Positions 49,076-58,151 of a stretch of DNA of 64,000 bases are shown piece by piece. The notes below the pieces were generated by a model. That model had not been told where the DNA came from. It saw only the letters and a list, made by a program, of their open reading frames with translations, and made no database searches. The position numbers and the translations under genes were made by a program. Source of the DNA: a bacterium. GTDB taxonomy: Bacteria > Bacillota > Clostridia > Oscillospirales > CAG-272. The stretch covers positions 2,836 through 66,835 of the forward strand of contig SFZB01000002.1 of assembly GCA_004558975.1 (NCBI GenBank), in the 5' to 3' direction. Position 1 is the stretch's first letter. Every line of letters starts with the position of its first letter.

Positions 49076-50905
49076 TTATGCCTGCGTTTTCTTTGCCGCC
49101 TGCGCTTTCAGACGGAGGGGCGTCGAGAGAATGCGTTTCCGCAGGCGGATGGACTTCGGCGTGACTTCGATCAGCTCGTCGTCCGCAATCATTTCAATGG
49201 CTTCCTCGAGCGAGGGCTGGTGCGGAGTGATGAGCGTCAGCGCCTCGTCTGCGCCCGTCGAACGGACGGCGGTCAGGTGCTTCTTCTTACAGACGTTGAC
49301 GGCGATGTCGCCCGGCTTCGGGTTCTGCCCGACGATCATGCCCTCGTATACGGGTGTGGCGGGGCCGATGAAGAGCGGGCCTCTGTCCTGCGAATAGTAG
49401 AGACCGTAGGAGGTCGTCTCGCCCGTTTCGCTCGCGACGAGCGATCCGGTGAAGCGCATGGTGATGTTTCCACGGTAGGGGGCGTAGCCGTCGAACACGG
49501 AGTTGAGAATCCCCTCGCCGCGCGTCGCGGTCATAAATTCACTGCGGTAGCCGAAGAGGCAACGGGTCGGAATGCGGTAAATCAGGCGCTGACGCGAGCC
49601 GCGGAGCTGCATATCCTGCAGTTCGCCTTTGCGGGAGCCGAGTTTCTCCATGACTGTCCCCATGTATTCCTCGGGGACGTCGATGGTGACAAGCTCCATC
49701 GGTTCGCACTTCTCGCCGTTGATCTCCGAATACAGCACGGTCGGGTTGGAACAGGTCAATTCGTACCCCTCGCGGCGCATACTCTCGATGAGGACGGAAA
49801 GGTGCATTTCACCGCGCCCGGCGACGCGGAAAGAGTCGGTCGTATCGCCGTCCGTGACGCGCAGAGACACGTCGCGGAGCAGTTCGCGATACAGGCGCTC
49901 ACGCAGATGGCGGGAGGTGACGAATTTGCCTTCTTTCCCGGCAAAGGGAGAATCGTTGACCGAGAAGGTCATTTCCATTGTCGGTTCGGAAACCTTGACG
50001 AATTCCAGCGGCTCGACGGCGGTCGGTGCACAGACGGTGTCGCCGATGTTGATGTCCTCGGCGCCGGAGAAAGCTACGATGTCGCCCATTTTCGCCTCGG
50101 GCACCTGCACGCGGTTCAGTCCGTCGAACTGGTAGATGGTGATGATCTTGGCACGGCGGGGTGCCTCGGTCGAGTGGAAGTTGGTAATCATGATGTCTTG
50201 GTTCTGCTTCATGGTGCCGCGTTCGATGCGCCCGATGCCGATCCGTCCGACGAAGCTGTTATAGTCGATGCAGGAGACGAGCGCCTGCATGGGTCCGTCC
50301 ACATCGCCCTCGGGGGCGGGGATATAATCGAGAATCGTCTCGAAGAGCGGCACGAGGTCGGTACCCGGCACCCGGTAGTCGCGGGAGGCGGTGCCGTCTC
50401 TGCCGGAGCAGTAGAGAATCGGGGAATCCAGCTGTTCGTCCGAGGCGTTTAGTTCCATCAGCAGTTCCAGCACCTCGTCCTCGATCTCGGAGAGACGGGC
50501 GTCGGGGCGGTCGATCTTGTTCACGACGACGATGACGCGGTGGTTCAGCGCCAGCGCGTGTTCCAGGACGAAGCGCGTCTGCGGCATCGGACCCTCCGCC
50601 GCGTCGACGAGCAGAATGACCCCGTTGACCATTTTGAGGACACGCTCCACCTCGCCGCCGAAGTCGGCGTGACCGGGGGTGTCGACGATATTGATCTTGA
50701 CGCCTTTATAGTGGACGGCGGTGTTCTTGGCGAGGATCGTGATACCGCGCTCGCGCTCCTGGTCGTTCGAGTCCATGACGCAGGTCGTGACTTCCTGATT
50801 CTCGCGGTAGACGCCCCCCTGCTTGAGCAGAGCGTCGACGAGCGTCGTTTTACCGTGGTCGACGTGGGCGATAATGGCGATGTTACGCAAATCCTCTCTT
50901 TTCAC
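49076..50905 (-). CDS. typA: Translational GTPase TypA/BipA
   Basis: NIAIIAHVDHGKTTLVD and DTPGHADFGGEV. GTG start at 50905 with SD aaagagg. The ORF-track N-terminal extension is discounted. Confidence 0.96.
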   Translation of the reverse strand: MKREDLRNIAIIAHVDHGKTTLVDALLKQGGVYRENQEVTTCVMDSNDQERERGITILAKNTAVHYKGVKINIVDTPGHADFGGEVERVLKMVNGVILLVDAAEGPMPQTRFVLEHALALNHRVIVVVNKIDRPDARLSEIEDEVLELLMELNASDEQLDSPILYCSGRDGTASRDYRVPGTDLVPLFETILDYIPAPEGDVDGPMQALVSCIDYNSFVGRIGIGRIERGTMKQNQDIMITNFHSTEAPRRAKIITIYQFDGLNRVQVPEAKMGDIVAFSGAEDINIGDTVCAPTAVEPLEFVKVSEPTMEMTFSVNDSPFAGKEGKFVTSRHLRERLYRELLRDVSLRVTDGDTTDSFRVAGRGEMHLSVLIESMRREGYELTCSNPTVLYSEINGEKCEPMELVTIDVPEEYMGTVMEKLGSRKGELQDMQLRGSRQRLIYRIPTRCLFGYRSEFMTATRGEGILNSVFDGYAPYRGNITMRFTGSLVASETGETTSYGLYYSQDRGPLFIGPATPVYEGMIVGQNPKPGDIAVNVCKKKHLTAVRSTGADEALTLITPHQPSLEEAIEMIADDELIEVTPKSIRLRKRILSTPLRLKAQAAKKTQA

Positions 50906-50959
50906 CGTAATACCTCTTTCGTTTACGAAAATTCTTCTCGAAAAGTTTTCAACTTTACC

Positions 50960-50987
50960 AGTATAGCATATTTCACAAGAAAAGCAA
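50960..50987 (-). promoter_or_regulatory. Promoter of typA
   Basis: Minus strand reads TTGCTT, 16 nt, TGcTATACT (extended -10). Confidence 0.5.
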
Positions 50988-51061
50988 GAATTTTTTGTCG
51001 GGCAACGTAAAAAAACGGCGTGCGGGGATGCGGGGCGCGGACGTGCCGTTTCCGATGCCGC

Positions 51062-51090
51062 TTGACGGTGGTGCCGCGGCGTGCTAAGAT
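51062..51090 (+). promoter_or_regulatory. Promoter of the thiamine diphosphokinase gene
   Basis: TTGACG, 17 nt, TAAGAT. Confidence 0.45.
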
Positions 51091-51112
51091 GAGGAAAAAG
51101 GAGACGGCTCTT

Positions 51113-51748
51113 ATGATTTGTTATCTGATCGGCGCGGGGGAAGCCCCCGGATGCCCGCCCCGCCCCGCGGCGGGGGATCTGGTGATCGCGGCGGACGCGG
51201 GGCTGACACTCGCACACACGCTCGGGCTCACCCCGGCGCTCACAGTCGGCGACTTCGACTCGCTCGGGCACCTGCCGACGGGGGGCGACGTCCTGCGTCT
51301 GCCGGTGGAAAAAGACGATACGGACATGGAAGCGGCGCTGAAAATCGGGCGGGAGCGTGGCTACCATACATTCTATCTCTTCGGCGGCACGGGCGGCAGA
51401 CCCGATCACACCTATGCGAACTACCAACTGCTCGCCGACTGCGCCGCGCGAAGGGAGCAGGCGATCCTCTTCGGGGCGGAGTTCTGCGCGACCGCAATCG
51501 CGGACGGGGCGCGTCTGACGTTTCCCCCGGAGGCGCGGGGGACGCTCTCGGTCTTTTCCGCGCTCGGCACGGCGGATGGCGTCTCGGAGCGGGGCGTCTA
51601 TTATCCGCTCTCGGGTGCGACGCTGACCGGCACGTTCCCTCTCGGGGTGTCGAACCGTTTCCTCCCGGGTGAGTCGGCGGAGATCTCGGTCGGGCGCGGG
51701 ACGCTCCTCGTGTTCTTCGAGGGGAACATTTTGCCTCGTTTCTCTTGA
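51113..51748 (+). CDS. thiN: Thiamine diphosphokinase
   Basis: VIAADAGL, VGDFDS, KDDTDME and GGTGGRPDH motifs. ATG 51113 with SD aaggag. Confidence 0.85.
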   Translation: MICYLIGAGEAPGCPPRPAAGDLVIAADAGLTLAHTLGLTPALTVGDFDSLGHLPTGGDVLRLPVEKDDTDMEAALKIGRERGYHTFYLFGGTGGRPDHTYANYQLLADCAARREQAILFGAEFCATAIADGARLTFPPEARGTLSVFSALGTADGVSERGVYYPLSGATLTGTFPLGVSNRFLPGESAEISVGRGTLLVFFEGNILPRFS

Positions 51749-51772
51749 CAAGCGACAAAAAACTGCTACAAT
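51745..51772 (+). promoter_or_regulatory. Promoter driving the TPP riboswitch-thiT unit
   Basis: TTGACA (overlaps the thiN stop), 16 nt, TACAAT. Confidence 0.5.
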
Positions 51773-51789
51773 AGTCCTAGCCAAACAGA

Positions 51790-51885
51790 ATTGAATATGG
51801 AACAGGGGTGCCGCAAGGCTGAGACGGATGCAAATCCGAACTCTCGTACCTGATACGGGTCATACCGTCGTAGGAAGTTGCATTT
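51790..51885 (+). promoter_or_regulatory. TPP (THI-box) riboswitch aptamer
   Basis: GGGGTGCc..CTGAGA...ACCTGATacGGGTcATACCGTCGTAGGAA matches the THI-element core. It sits upstream of a thiamine transporter. Boundaries are approximate. Confidence 0.85.
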
Positions 51886-51902
51886 CACTTGATATGAAAT
51901 TG

Positions 51903-51939
51903 ATTGCCCCACGAGGTTCTGTGGGGCAATTTTATTTTT
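51903..51939 (+). terminator. Riboswitch expression-platform terminator
   Basis: attgccccac / gtggggcaat 10-bp stem, then TTTaTTTTT, 12 nt before the thiT ATG. Confidence 0.8.
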
Positions 51940-51950
51940 GGAGGTGTGTC

Positions 51951-52805
51951 ATGGAACACACGAAAACCCGCAAACTGGTCGAGAGCGCCATTATGATTGC
52001 GCTCGCCACCGTCCTCAGTCTTCTGAAACTCGCGGATCTGCCTTACGGCGGGTCGGTCACGCTCGCGTCCATGCTCCCGATTGCGCTCATTGCGTACCGG
52101 AACGGTCTCGGCTGGGGACTGGGCAGCGGTCTTGCCTACGGCGTTTTGCAGCAGCTGCTCGGGCTGAAAACGCTGACGTACGTGACGGGTGCAGGCTCTG
52201 TCATCGCCGTCATTCTCCTCGACTATATCATCGCGTTCACCGTCATGGGGCTCGCCGGGATCTTCCGCCGCACACCGATGCCGCAGGCGGCGTCGCTCAC
52301 CGTCGGCGTGGTCTTTTCCTGCGCCCTCCGCTACATCTGCCACGTCATTTCCGGCGCCACCGTTTGGGCAGGGCTCTCGATCCCGACGACGGCGGTACTC
52401 GCCTATTCGCTGGCGTACAACGCAACCTACATGATCCCCGAAACGATCGTGACCGCGCTTGCCGCGTTCTACATCGCGTCGCTCATCGACTTCCGTGAAG
52501 TGCGGATCCGCCGCATGACCCGTGAGAAGTTCGGCGTCGGCGGGTATCTGCTCCTCGCCGGTTCGCTCCTCATGCTTGCCGGTGCCATCTATGATATCGT
52601 GGCGCTGTTCTCGCATATGCAGGATCCCGACAGCGGTACGTTCAATATCACGCTGATCGGTACGAGCGGCATCTGGCTCCCCGTCGTCATTGTGACCGCC
52701 GCCGTCGTTCTGGTGTTTGCGGTTCTCCTTATCGTCGGTCTGCGTCTGCAGGCGAAGGAGCGGGCGGGTGCCGGCGATGCCGATACCCTTGACAAGCAGG
52801 CATAA
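51951..52805 (+). CDS. thiT: Thiamine transporter ThiT (ECF S-component-like) with a C-terminal two-TM extension of about 100 aa
   Basis: KLVESAIMIALATVLSLLKLADLPYGGSVTLASMLPI... resembles ThiT. Riboswitch context. 284 aa. Confidence 0.82.
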   Translation: MEHTKTRKLVESAIMIALATVLSLLKLADLPYGGSVTLASMLPIALIAYRNGLGWGLGSGLAYGVLQQLLGLKTLTYVTGAGSVIAVILLDYIIAFTVMGLAGIFRRTPMPQAASLTVGVVFSCALRYICHVISGATVWAGLSIPTTAVLAYSLAYNATYMIPETIVTALAAFYIASLIDFREVRIRRMTREKFGVGGYLLLAGSLLMLAGAIYDIVALFSHMQDPDSGTFNITLIGTSGIWLPVVIVTAAVVLVFAVLLIVGLRLQAKERAGAGDADTLDKQA

Positions 52806-52817
52806 AACGGATATAAT

Positions 52818-53203
52818 CACAGGCGGAACCAGACGGTGCAGTCGCGCGGTATCATGCCGAAAGGTCGTACCGTGAGGAAAGTCCGGGCTTCATAGGGAAG
52901 GATAACGGATAACGTCCGCCGAGGGCAACCTCCGGGAGAGTGCAACAGAGATATACCGCCGCGCAAGCGGTAAGGGTGGAAAGGCGAGGTAAGAGCTCAC
53001 CACGCTCTGTGGTAACACAGAGGGTCTGTAAACCCTATCCGAAGCAACGCCTACGGGAGAGCGGAAACGCTACGGTGCCCGCCGGAATCCTGTTGGCGGC
53101 AGGGGCGCTATGCGCCCTGAACATATCGGTAACGGTATGTGAAGATAGATGACTGCGGTTCGCGCAAGCGTTCACAGAACCCGGCTTACAAGTCTGATTC
53201 CTC
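52818..53203 (+). ncRNA. rnpB: RNase P RNA, bacterial type A
   Basis: GAGGAAAGTCCGGGC (P4 5' strand, 52874-52888), GGTAAGGGTGGAAAGGCGAGGTAAGAGCTCACC, and ACAGAACCCGGCTTAC (P4 3' strand, 53174-53189). The ends are approximate. Confidence 0.9.
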
Positions 53204-53233
53204 TTTTGCTTTTTCGCGGCGTCTGCCGCCGTG

Positions 53234-53275
53234 ACCCGCCGCAGGGGGCGTCCCTCCTGCGGCGGGTTTTGTTTT
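53234..53275 (+). terminator. Terminator downstream of rnpB
   Basis: acccgccgcagg / cctgcggcgggt stem, then TTTTgTTTTg. Confidence 0.6.
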
Positions 53276-53331
53276 GTATCAAACGTGAAAAACGGGGAGA
53301 AATCCTCGGTGAATTTCGGAGAAAACGGCAG

Positions 53332-53361
53332 TTGACAGAGGGTGCCCGAATCCGCTATAAT
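53332..53361 (+). promoter_or_regulatory. Consensus promoter upstream of the ade leader
   Basis: TTGACA, 18 nt, TATAAT. It would give a 5' leader of about 270 nt. Confidence 0.55.
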
Positions 53362-53504
53362 AACGCTATCAAAGCGGGGAGGGATTCTTAGATGAAACTG
53401 TCTTTTCCGATGTGCCGCGCGCGGCATCTTGACCGTACCTCCCGCCCGCTCTGCGTGTCCGCGCGCCCCGACTGCGCCCGCCTCACGCCCCGAACCGATT
53501 TTTG

Positions 53505-53538
53505 AAGTGCCGCCGAACGAGCGGCATTTTCTCTTTTT
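53505..53538 (+). terminator. Intrinsic terminator (attenuator) inside the ade leader
   Basis: aaGTGCCGC-cgaacga-GCGGCAtt followed by TTctcTTTTT, about 100 nt before the ade ATG. Confidence 0.5.
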
Positions 53539-53637
53539 GTATCGCAGCCGTCGGCGCTTTGGCGGTGTGGTCGGTTCCGAAATGCCGTTGGAAATTCCGA
53601 AAAACAAATATAGAAGCAGATGTAAGGGGGAAACAAG

Positions 53638-55431
53638 ATGCTAAACAAGTTCTGCCGGGTGCCGCTCACCGCATGTACCCGCACACTCGCCGATGTCGCG
53701 ATGGGGCGGAAGCCCGCCGATCTCGTCATTCGCGGGGCGAAACTCGTGAATGTCTGTACAAAGGAGTTATTGGACGGGTATGACGTCGCCGTCTCCTGTG
53801 GGCGAATCGCCGCCGTCGGAGACGTGTCCGCTTCGGTAGGAGAGGGAACCACCGTCATTGACGCCACGGGCAAATATCTTGCCCCCGCGTTCCTCGACGG
53901 GCATATCCATATCGAATCCTCGATGCTGACGGCGCGCGAATACGCGCGGGCGGTGATTCCGCACGGTACGGCGGGCATCTACTATGACCCGCATGAGATC
54001 TGTAACGTCCTCGGGCTCGACGGGGTGCGGTACATGATGGAGGACGCCGCGAAAACGCCGCTGAAAGCCATGATGACGACGCCCTCCTGCGTCCCCGCCG
54101 TCCCCGGTTTTGAGGACACGGGCGCGAAGATCGACGCCGCCGACGTCGCCGAGACCATGACATGGGACGGGTGCGTCGGGCTCGGGGAGATGATGAATTT
54201 CCCGGGGATCCTCGCATCGGCAGAGCCCACGCACGAGATTGTGGCGGCGACCCTCGCCGCGGGCAAGACCGTCACCGGGCATTTTTCGATCCCCGACACG
54301 GGGGCGGCGCTGAATGCCTATATTGCCGCCGGGGTGCGGTGCTGCCACGAATCCACGACCGAGATGTCGGCGCTCGAGAAAATGCGCCGCGGTATGTACG
54401 CCATGCTCCGCGAGGGCTCGGCGTGGCACGATCTCGCCGAGGTGGCGAAAGCCATCACACGTCACACGGTCGACAGCCGCTATGCCTGCCTGATCTCGGA
54501 CGATACCCACCCGCATACGCTCATCGGTGCGGGGCACCTTGACCATATCGTCCGCCGTGCCGTCGAAGAGGGGATCGACCCCGTGACCGCCATTCAGATG
54601 GTGACCATCAACGTGGCGCAGTGCTTCGGCATGGACGCGGAACTCGGCTCCGTTGCTCCCTCGAAGTGCGCCGACATGGTTCTGCTCACCGACCTCGAAA
54701 CGTGTAAGGTGGACGAAGTGTTCATCGACGGGGAACTCGTCGCACGGGGCGGGAAAATGCTCGTGACGCCCGCGCCCTATCGCTATCCCGATGCCGCGCG
54801 GAACACGATCCATCTCTCGCCCGTGACGGAAAAGGATCTGCGGATCCCCGCGGCGGGGACGGTGCATGTCCATGTCCTCGAGGTCATACCGGGGCGGGTC
54901 GGCTCCTACGACCGTCTCACCGAGATGACCGCCGAGGGGGGAGAACTCAGAGCAGACGGGGAGCACGATATTCTCAAAGCCTGCGTCTTTGAACGTCACC
55001 ACGGCACCGGCACGGTCGGCCGCGGCTTCGTCAAAGGTTTCGGCATCCGGCACGGTGCGCTCGCCCAGACGGTCGCCCACGATGCGCATAACCTGCTCGT
55101 CATCGGGTCGAACGACGCGGATATGGTCCTCGCCGTCAATACGCTCATCGAATGCGGCGGCGGGCTCGTCGCCGTGCGCGACGGGAAGGTACTCGGGCTC
55201 GTGCCGCTCCCGATCGCGGGGCTGATGAACGACATTTCCGCCGAGGAGATGGACGCCCGCGTTTCCGCCCTCGAGGACGCATGGAAAGACCTCGGGTGTA
55301 CGCTCCCCTCGCCGTTCATGACCATGGCGCTGATCCCGCTCGCCTGCCTGCCGGAGATCCGCCTGACCAACCGCGGGCTCGTCGACTGCCGCACGTTCCG
55401 GTTCCTGCCGCTCATCGAGGAGAAGCCCTAA
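53638..55431 (+). CDS. ade: Adenine deaminase
   Basis: LVIRGAKLVNV...VIDATGKYLAPAFLDGHIHIESSML (amidohydrolase HxH), 597 aa. SD aaggggg. Confidence 0.92.
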   Translation: MLNKFCRVPLTACTRTLADVAMGRKPADLVIRGAKLVNVCTKELLDGYDVAVSCGRIAAVGDVSASVGEGTTVIDATGKYLAPAFLDGHIHIESSMLTAREYARAVIPHGTAGIYYDPHEICNVLGLDGVRYMMEDAAKTPLKAMMTTPSCVPAVPGFEDTGAKIDAADVAETMTWDGCVGLGEMMNFPGILASAEPTHEIVAATLAAGKTVTGHFSIPDTGAALNAYIAAGVRCCHESTTEMSALEKMRRGMYAMLREGSAWHDLAEVAKAITRHTVDSRYACLISDDTHPHTLIGAGHLDHIVRRAVEEGIDPVTAIQMVTINVAQCFGMDAELGSVAPSKCADMVLLTDLETCKVDEVFIDGELVARGGKMLVTPAPYRYPDAARNTIHLSPVTEKDLRIPAAGTVHVHVLEVIPGRVGSYDRLTEMTAEGGELRADGEHDILKACVFERHHGTGTVGRGFVKGFGIRHGALAQTVAHDAHNLLVIGSNDADMVLAVNTLIECGGGLVAVRDGKVLGLVPLPIAGLMNDISAEEMDARVSALEDAWKDLGCTLPSPFMTMALIPLACLPEIRLTNRGLVDCRTFRFLPLIEEKP

Positions 55432-55505
55432 AAAACGGCTCCTCTTTGACCGTCATTCGACAGGGAGCCGTGCGAAAGCACGCTTTCCTGGATTGCCTTT
55501 CACAA

Positions 55506-55540
55506 AGCCCCCGTACGGCAAACCGTGCGGGGGCTTTTAT
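55506..55540 (+). terminator. Terminator after ade
   Basis: agcccccg.acgg / ccgt.cgggggct stem, then TTTTaTT. Confidence 0.7.
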
Positions 55541-55587
55541 TGCGTCATGCGGGGACTTTTGAACGCGCCACGGGTTTTATCATCGCG

Positions 55588-56520
55588 TCAGGAAAAAATC
55601 TTCTCCAGTTTGTTCATCATGCGGACTTTGGTCTCCGTCAGGCTGTGGCAATAGCGGTTGAGCGTGATGCTTGCGTTCGTATGCCCCATGAGTTCGGAGA
55701 GCGTCTTGACATCCATGCCGCATTCGAGCGCCCGGGTCGCGAAGGTGTGGCGCAGGGCGTGGAAGTTCAGGCGCCGCACCCCTGCCGCCTCGGTCAGGCG
55801 CGTGAAGAGGTACTGGTAGGAACGCGTGGACATACGGGAGCCGTCGGCGTTCTCGACGACGTAAGGCCCGACCCTGCCGCGGCGATAGGTGCGCAGGCGC
55901 GCCATGAGGAAACCGGGCAGAGGGATCACGCGCTCGGACGAGCGCGTCTTGGGGCGGTCGACATACAGCCGCCAGACGCCGCTCTCGTCCTGCTCCCGGT
56001 AGACCGTCTTGGTGACGCGCAGCACGCGGGCGGTGAAATCTACATCCTCCCATTCGAGCCCGATCAACTCCCCGATGCGGAGCCCGGAATACAGGCAAAG
56101 ATAGACGCCGAAAAGGCGCCTGTCCTCCGAGGCGAGAATGGCACTCTCGAGCAGGCGCTGTTCCTCCTTGGAAAACGCCGCCGTGCCGCCCCGCGGCTCC
56201 TGCGCGCGGCGAATCCGTTCACAGGGGTTGTGCGTGAGCAGCTCCATATCGCAGGCGTAGGCGAACGCGCCGTGCAGGACGCTCCGCAGCAGGTTCACGC
56301 TGGACGCCGAAAGGACGGGTGTGCCCTCCCGGGTACCCCGCGCCGCGTCGAGCAGGAAATCGGCGATCTGCCGTCTGCCGACCTCTCCGATCTCCCGCGC
56401 GCCGAGTACGGGGTGAATGTGGTGATCGATGAGCCCGCGGTAGCGGCTGAGGGTGCGCGGCTTGACTCTGCCACGCGCCGTTTTATCGATCCATTCTGTC
56501 ATAAGTTCATCCGTTGTCAT
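55588..56520 (-). CDS. Tyrosine-type site-specific integrase/recombinase (phage integrase family)
   Basis: N-terminal SAM-like domain. C-terminal HALRHTFATRALECGMDVKTLSELMGHTNASITLNRYCHS carries the R..H-x-x-R..Y catalytic context. Confidence 0.9.
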   Translation of the reverse strand: MTTDELMTEWIDKTARGRVKPRTLSRYRGLIDHHIHPVLGAREIGEVGRRQIADFLLDAARGTREGTPVLSASSVNLLRSVLHGAFAYACDMELLTHNPCERIRRAQEPRGGTAAFSKEEQRLLESAILASEDRRLFGVYLCLYSGLRIGELIGLEWEDVDFTARVLRVTKTVYREQDESGVWRLYVDRPKTRSSERVIPLPGFLMARLRTYRRGRVGPYVVENADGSRMSTRSYQYLFTRLTEAAGVRRLNFHALRHTFATRALECGMDVKTLSELMGHTNASITLNRYCHSLTETKVRMMNKLEKIFS

Positions 56521-56618
56521 CTTTTTCTCCTTCCAATACCGGATAGTATGCCCATTTTACCGCAGTTTCATAGGCGGCGTACCGCCGCCCCCCCGTAAAT
56601 GTAAATTTTCCGACGGGG

Positions 56619-56647
56619 TTGCTTTTTCGGCGGTTATCTCATATAAT
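56619..56647 (+). promoter_or_regulatory. Promoter of murD
   Basis: TTGCTT, 17 nt, TATAAT. Leaves a leader of about 180 nt. Confidence 0.45.
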
Positions 56648-56828
56648 AATCTATACAGATATTCGCGCGGGGCGCGTGTACGCTCCCGTGTGCCGACGAA
56701 TCGGCAGGACAACAACAGACAGGCGCGCGGCGGGGCACGGAAAACGCGGCGTGGCAGAGAACCGTAAGAGCGGAGACGACGGCAAGGCAAAAGACGTTTT
56801 CGATCATCTCTTTTCGGAGGTCATCGCT

Positions 56829-58130
56829 ATGCCGTCTTACGCGATTCTCGGGTGCGGGCTGTCCGCACAGGCTGTCATCTCGGATCTGTTTGCCCGCGGG
56901 GAGACCGATTTCATGGTCTATGTCCGGGCGGGCGAAACCGACACCGTGCGGGAGCGGTTCCCGGGGGTACGCGTCACGGATGCGTGGGATCCGATCCGGG
57001 AAGAGATTCTCGTGCGCTCCCCCGGGGTGCGCCCGGATCTCCCGCCGATCGCCCGTGCCGTCGCGGGCGGGGCAAAACTGACCGGGGAGATCGAGTGGGT
57101 ATGCGCCCGCTCGCGGGCGCCGGTGTACGGCGTGACCGGGAGCGACGGCAAGACGACGACGGCGACGCTCGCGGCGCAGCTGTTCCGCGCCATGGGCTAC
57201 CGCGTCTGGCTCGGGGGAAATATCGGGACGTCGCTCCTGCCGCGCCTTTCCGAGATACTGCCCACCGACCGGGTGGTGCTGGAGCTCTCGAGTTTTCAAC
57301 TCATGACATTCTCGCCGCACCTCGCGGGCGCGGCGGTGACGAACCTCACGGAGAACCACCTCGACTGGCACCGCGACATGGCGGAGTACCGCGCGGCGAA
57401 GCGGCATATTCTCGAAAACGCCGCCCGTCGGGTCGAGAACGCACGCGGGCGCATCGCGCCGGAACTGCCCTCCCTCTCCTTTTCCGCGACGGTGGAGAGT
57501 GCCAACTGGCACGTCGGGGGCGGGTATCTCATGCGGGGGGACGAACGGCTTGCGCCGCGCTCGTCGCTCTACACGGGCGCGGATTACCTCGCGGAGAATC
57601 TGCTCTGTGCCGCCGCCCTGACCGGGGCGGGTCCTGCCGAAGTCTCGGCGGTCGCCGCCGCTTTCCGCGGGGTGGAACACCGATGCGAGTACCTCGGCGA
57701 ATTCCGCTCGGTGCATTGTTACGATTCTTCCATTGACACGACCCCGGCGCGCACGGCGGCGACGCTCTCGGCGTTCCCCGCACCCGTGACCGTCCTCGCC
57801 GGCGGCAGAAACAAAAATCTCCCGCTCGCCCCCCTCGCCGACGCGCTCCGGCGGCACGCCGCCGCGGTGGTGTTCTTCGGTGAGGCGGGGGAAGAGATGC
57901 GCGCGGCGCTCCTCGGCGCGGGGGCAGACGGCGGGACAACGCCGCCGAGCCGCTACATCGCCGATTTCTCCGAGGCGGTTTCGGCGGCGCTCGACGCGAC
58001 CCCGGCGGGCGGGACGCTCGTCCTCACCCCTGCCGCCGCCTCCCTCGACGCATTCCGCTCCTATCGGGAGCGGGCGGAGACCTATAAACGACTGCTTTAC
58101 CGGCTCGCCGGAAAGACATATACAGAATGA
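56829..58130 (+). CDS. murD: UDP-N-acetylmuramoyl-L-alanine--D-glutamate ligase
   Basis: GVTGSDGKTTT P-loop. Mur ligase middle and C-terminal domains. ATG 56829 with SD ggaggt. Confidence 0.92.
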   Translation: MPSYAILGCGLSAQAVISDLFARGETDFMVYVRAGETDTVRERFPGVRVTDAWDPIREEILVRSPGVRPDLPPIARAVAGGAKLTGEIEWVCARSRAPVYGVTGSDGKTTTATLAAQLFRAMGYRVWLGGNIGTSLLPRLSEILPTDRVVLELSSFQLMTFSPHLAGAAVTNLTENHLDWHRDMAEYRAAKRHILENAARRVENARGRIAPELPSLSFSATVESANWHVGGGYLMRGDERLAPRSSLYTGADYLAENLLCAAALTGAGPAEVSAVAAAFRGVEHRCEYLGEFRSVHCYDSSIDTTPARTAATLSAFPAPVTVLAGGRNKNLPLAPLADALRRHAAAVVFFGEAGEEMRAALLGAGADGGTTPPSRYIADFSEAVSAALDATPAGGTLVLTPAAASLDAFRSYRERAETYKRLLYRLAGKTYTE

Positions 58131-58151
58131 AAAAAGCAAAGGATATATGAG

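Larger units (their letters stand above)
53206..56634. mobile_element. Possible small integrase-associated islet (ade + int) next to rnpB, bounded by a short direct repeat
   Basis: TTGCTTTTTCG occurs at 53206 (just 3' of rnpB) and at 56619 (99 bp beyond the int start); 14/15 identical with one gap. Evidence is weak because the sequence is T-rich. Confidence 0.25.

Noticed and set aside
53392-53505. The 37-codon ORF (MKLSFPMCRARHLDRTSRPLCVSARPDCARLTPRTDF) as a stand-alone protein gene.
   Set aside because: Its composition is what random GC-rich sequence yields. It has no codon run of a single amino acid that would argue for classical leader-peptide attenuation. I kept it only as a component of the ade leader finding.
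53362-53637. A purine (guanine/adenine) riboswitch in the ade leader.
   Set aside because: There is no three-way-junction core resembling UAUAAUCGCGUGGAUAUGGCACGCAAGUUUCUACCGGGCACCGUAAAUGUCCGACUAUG. The structure present is two GC hairpins plus a U-tract.
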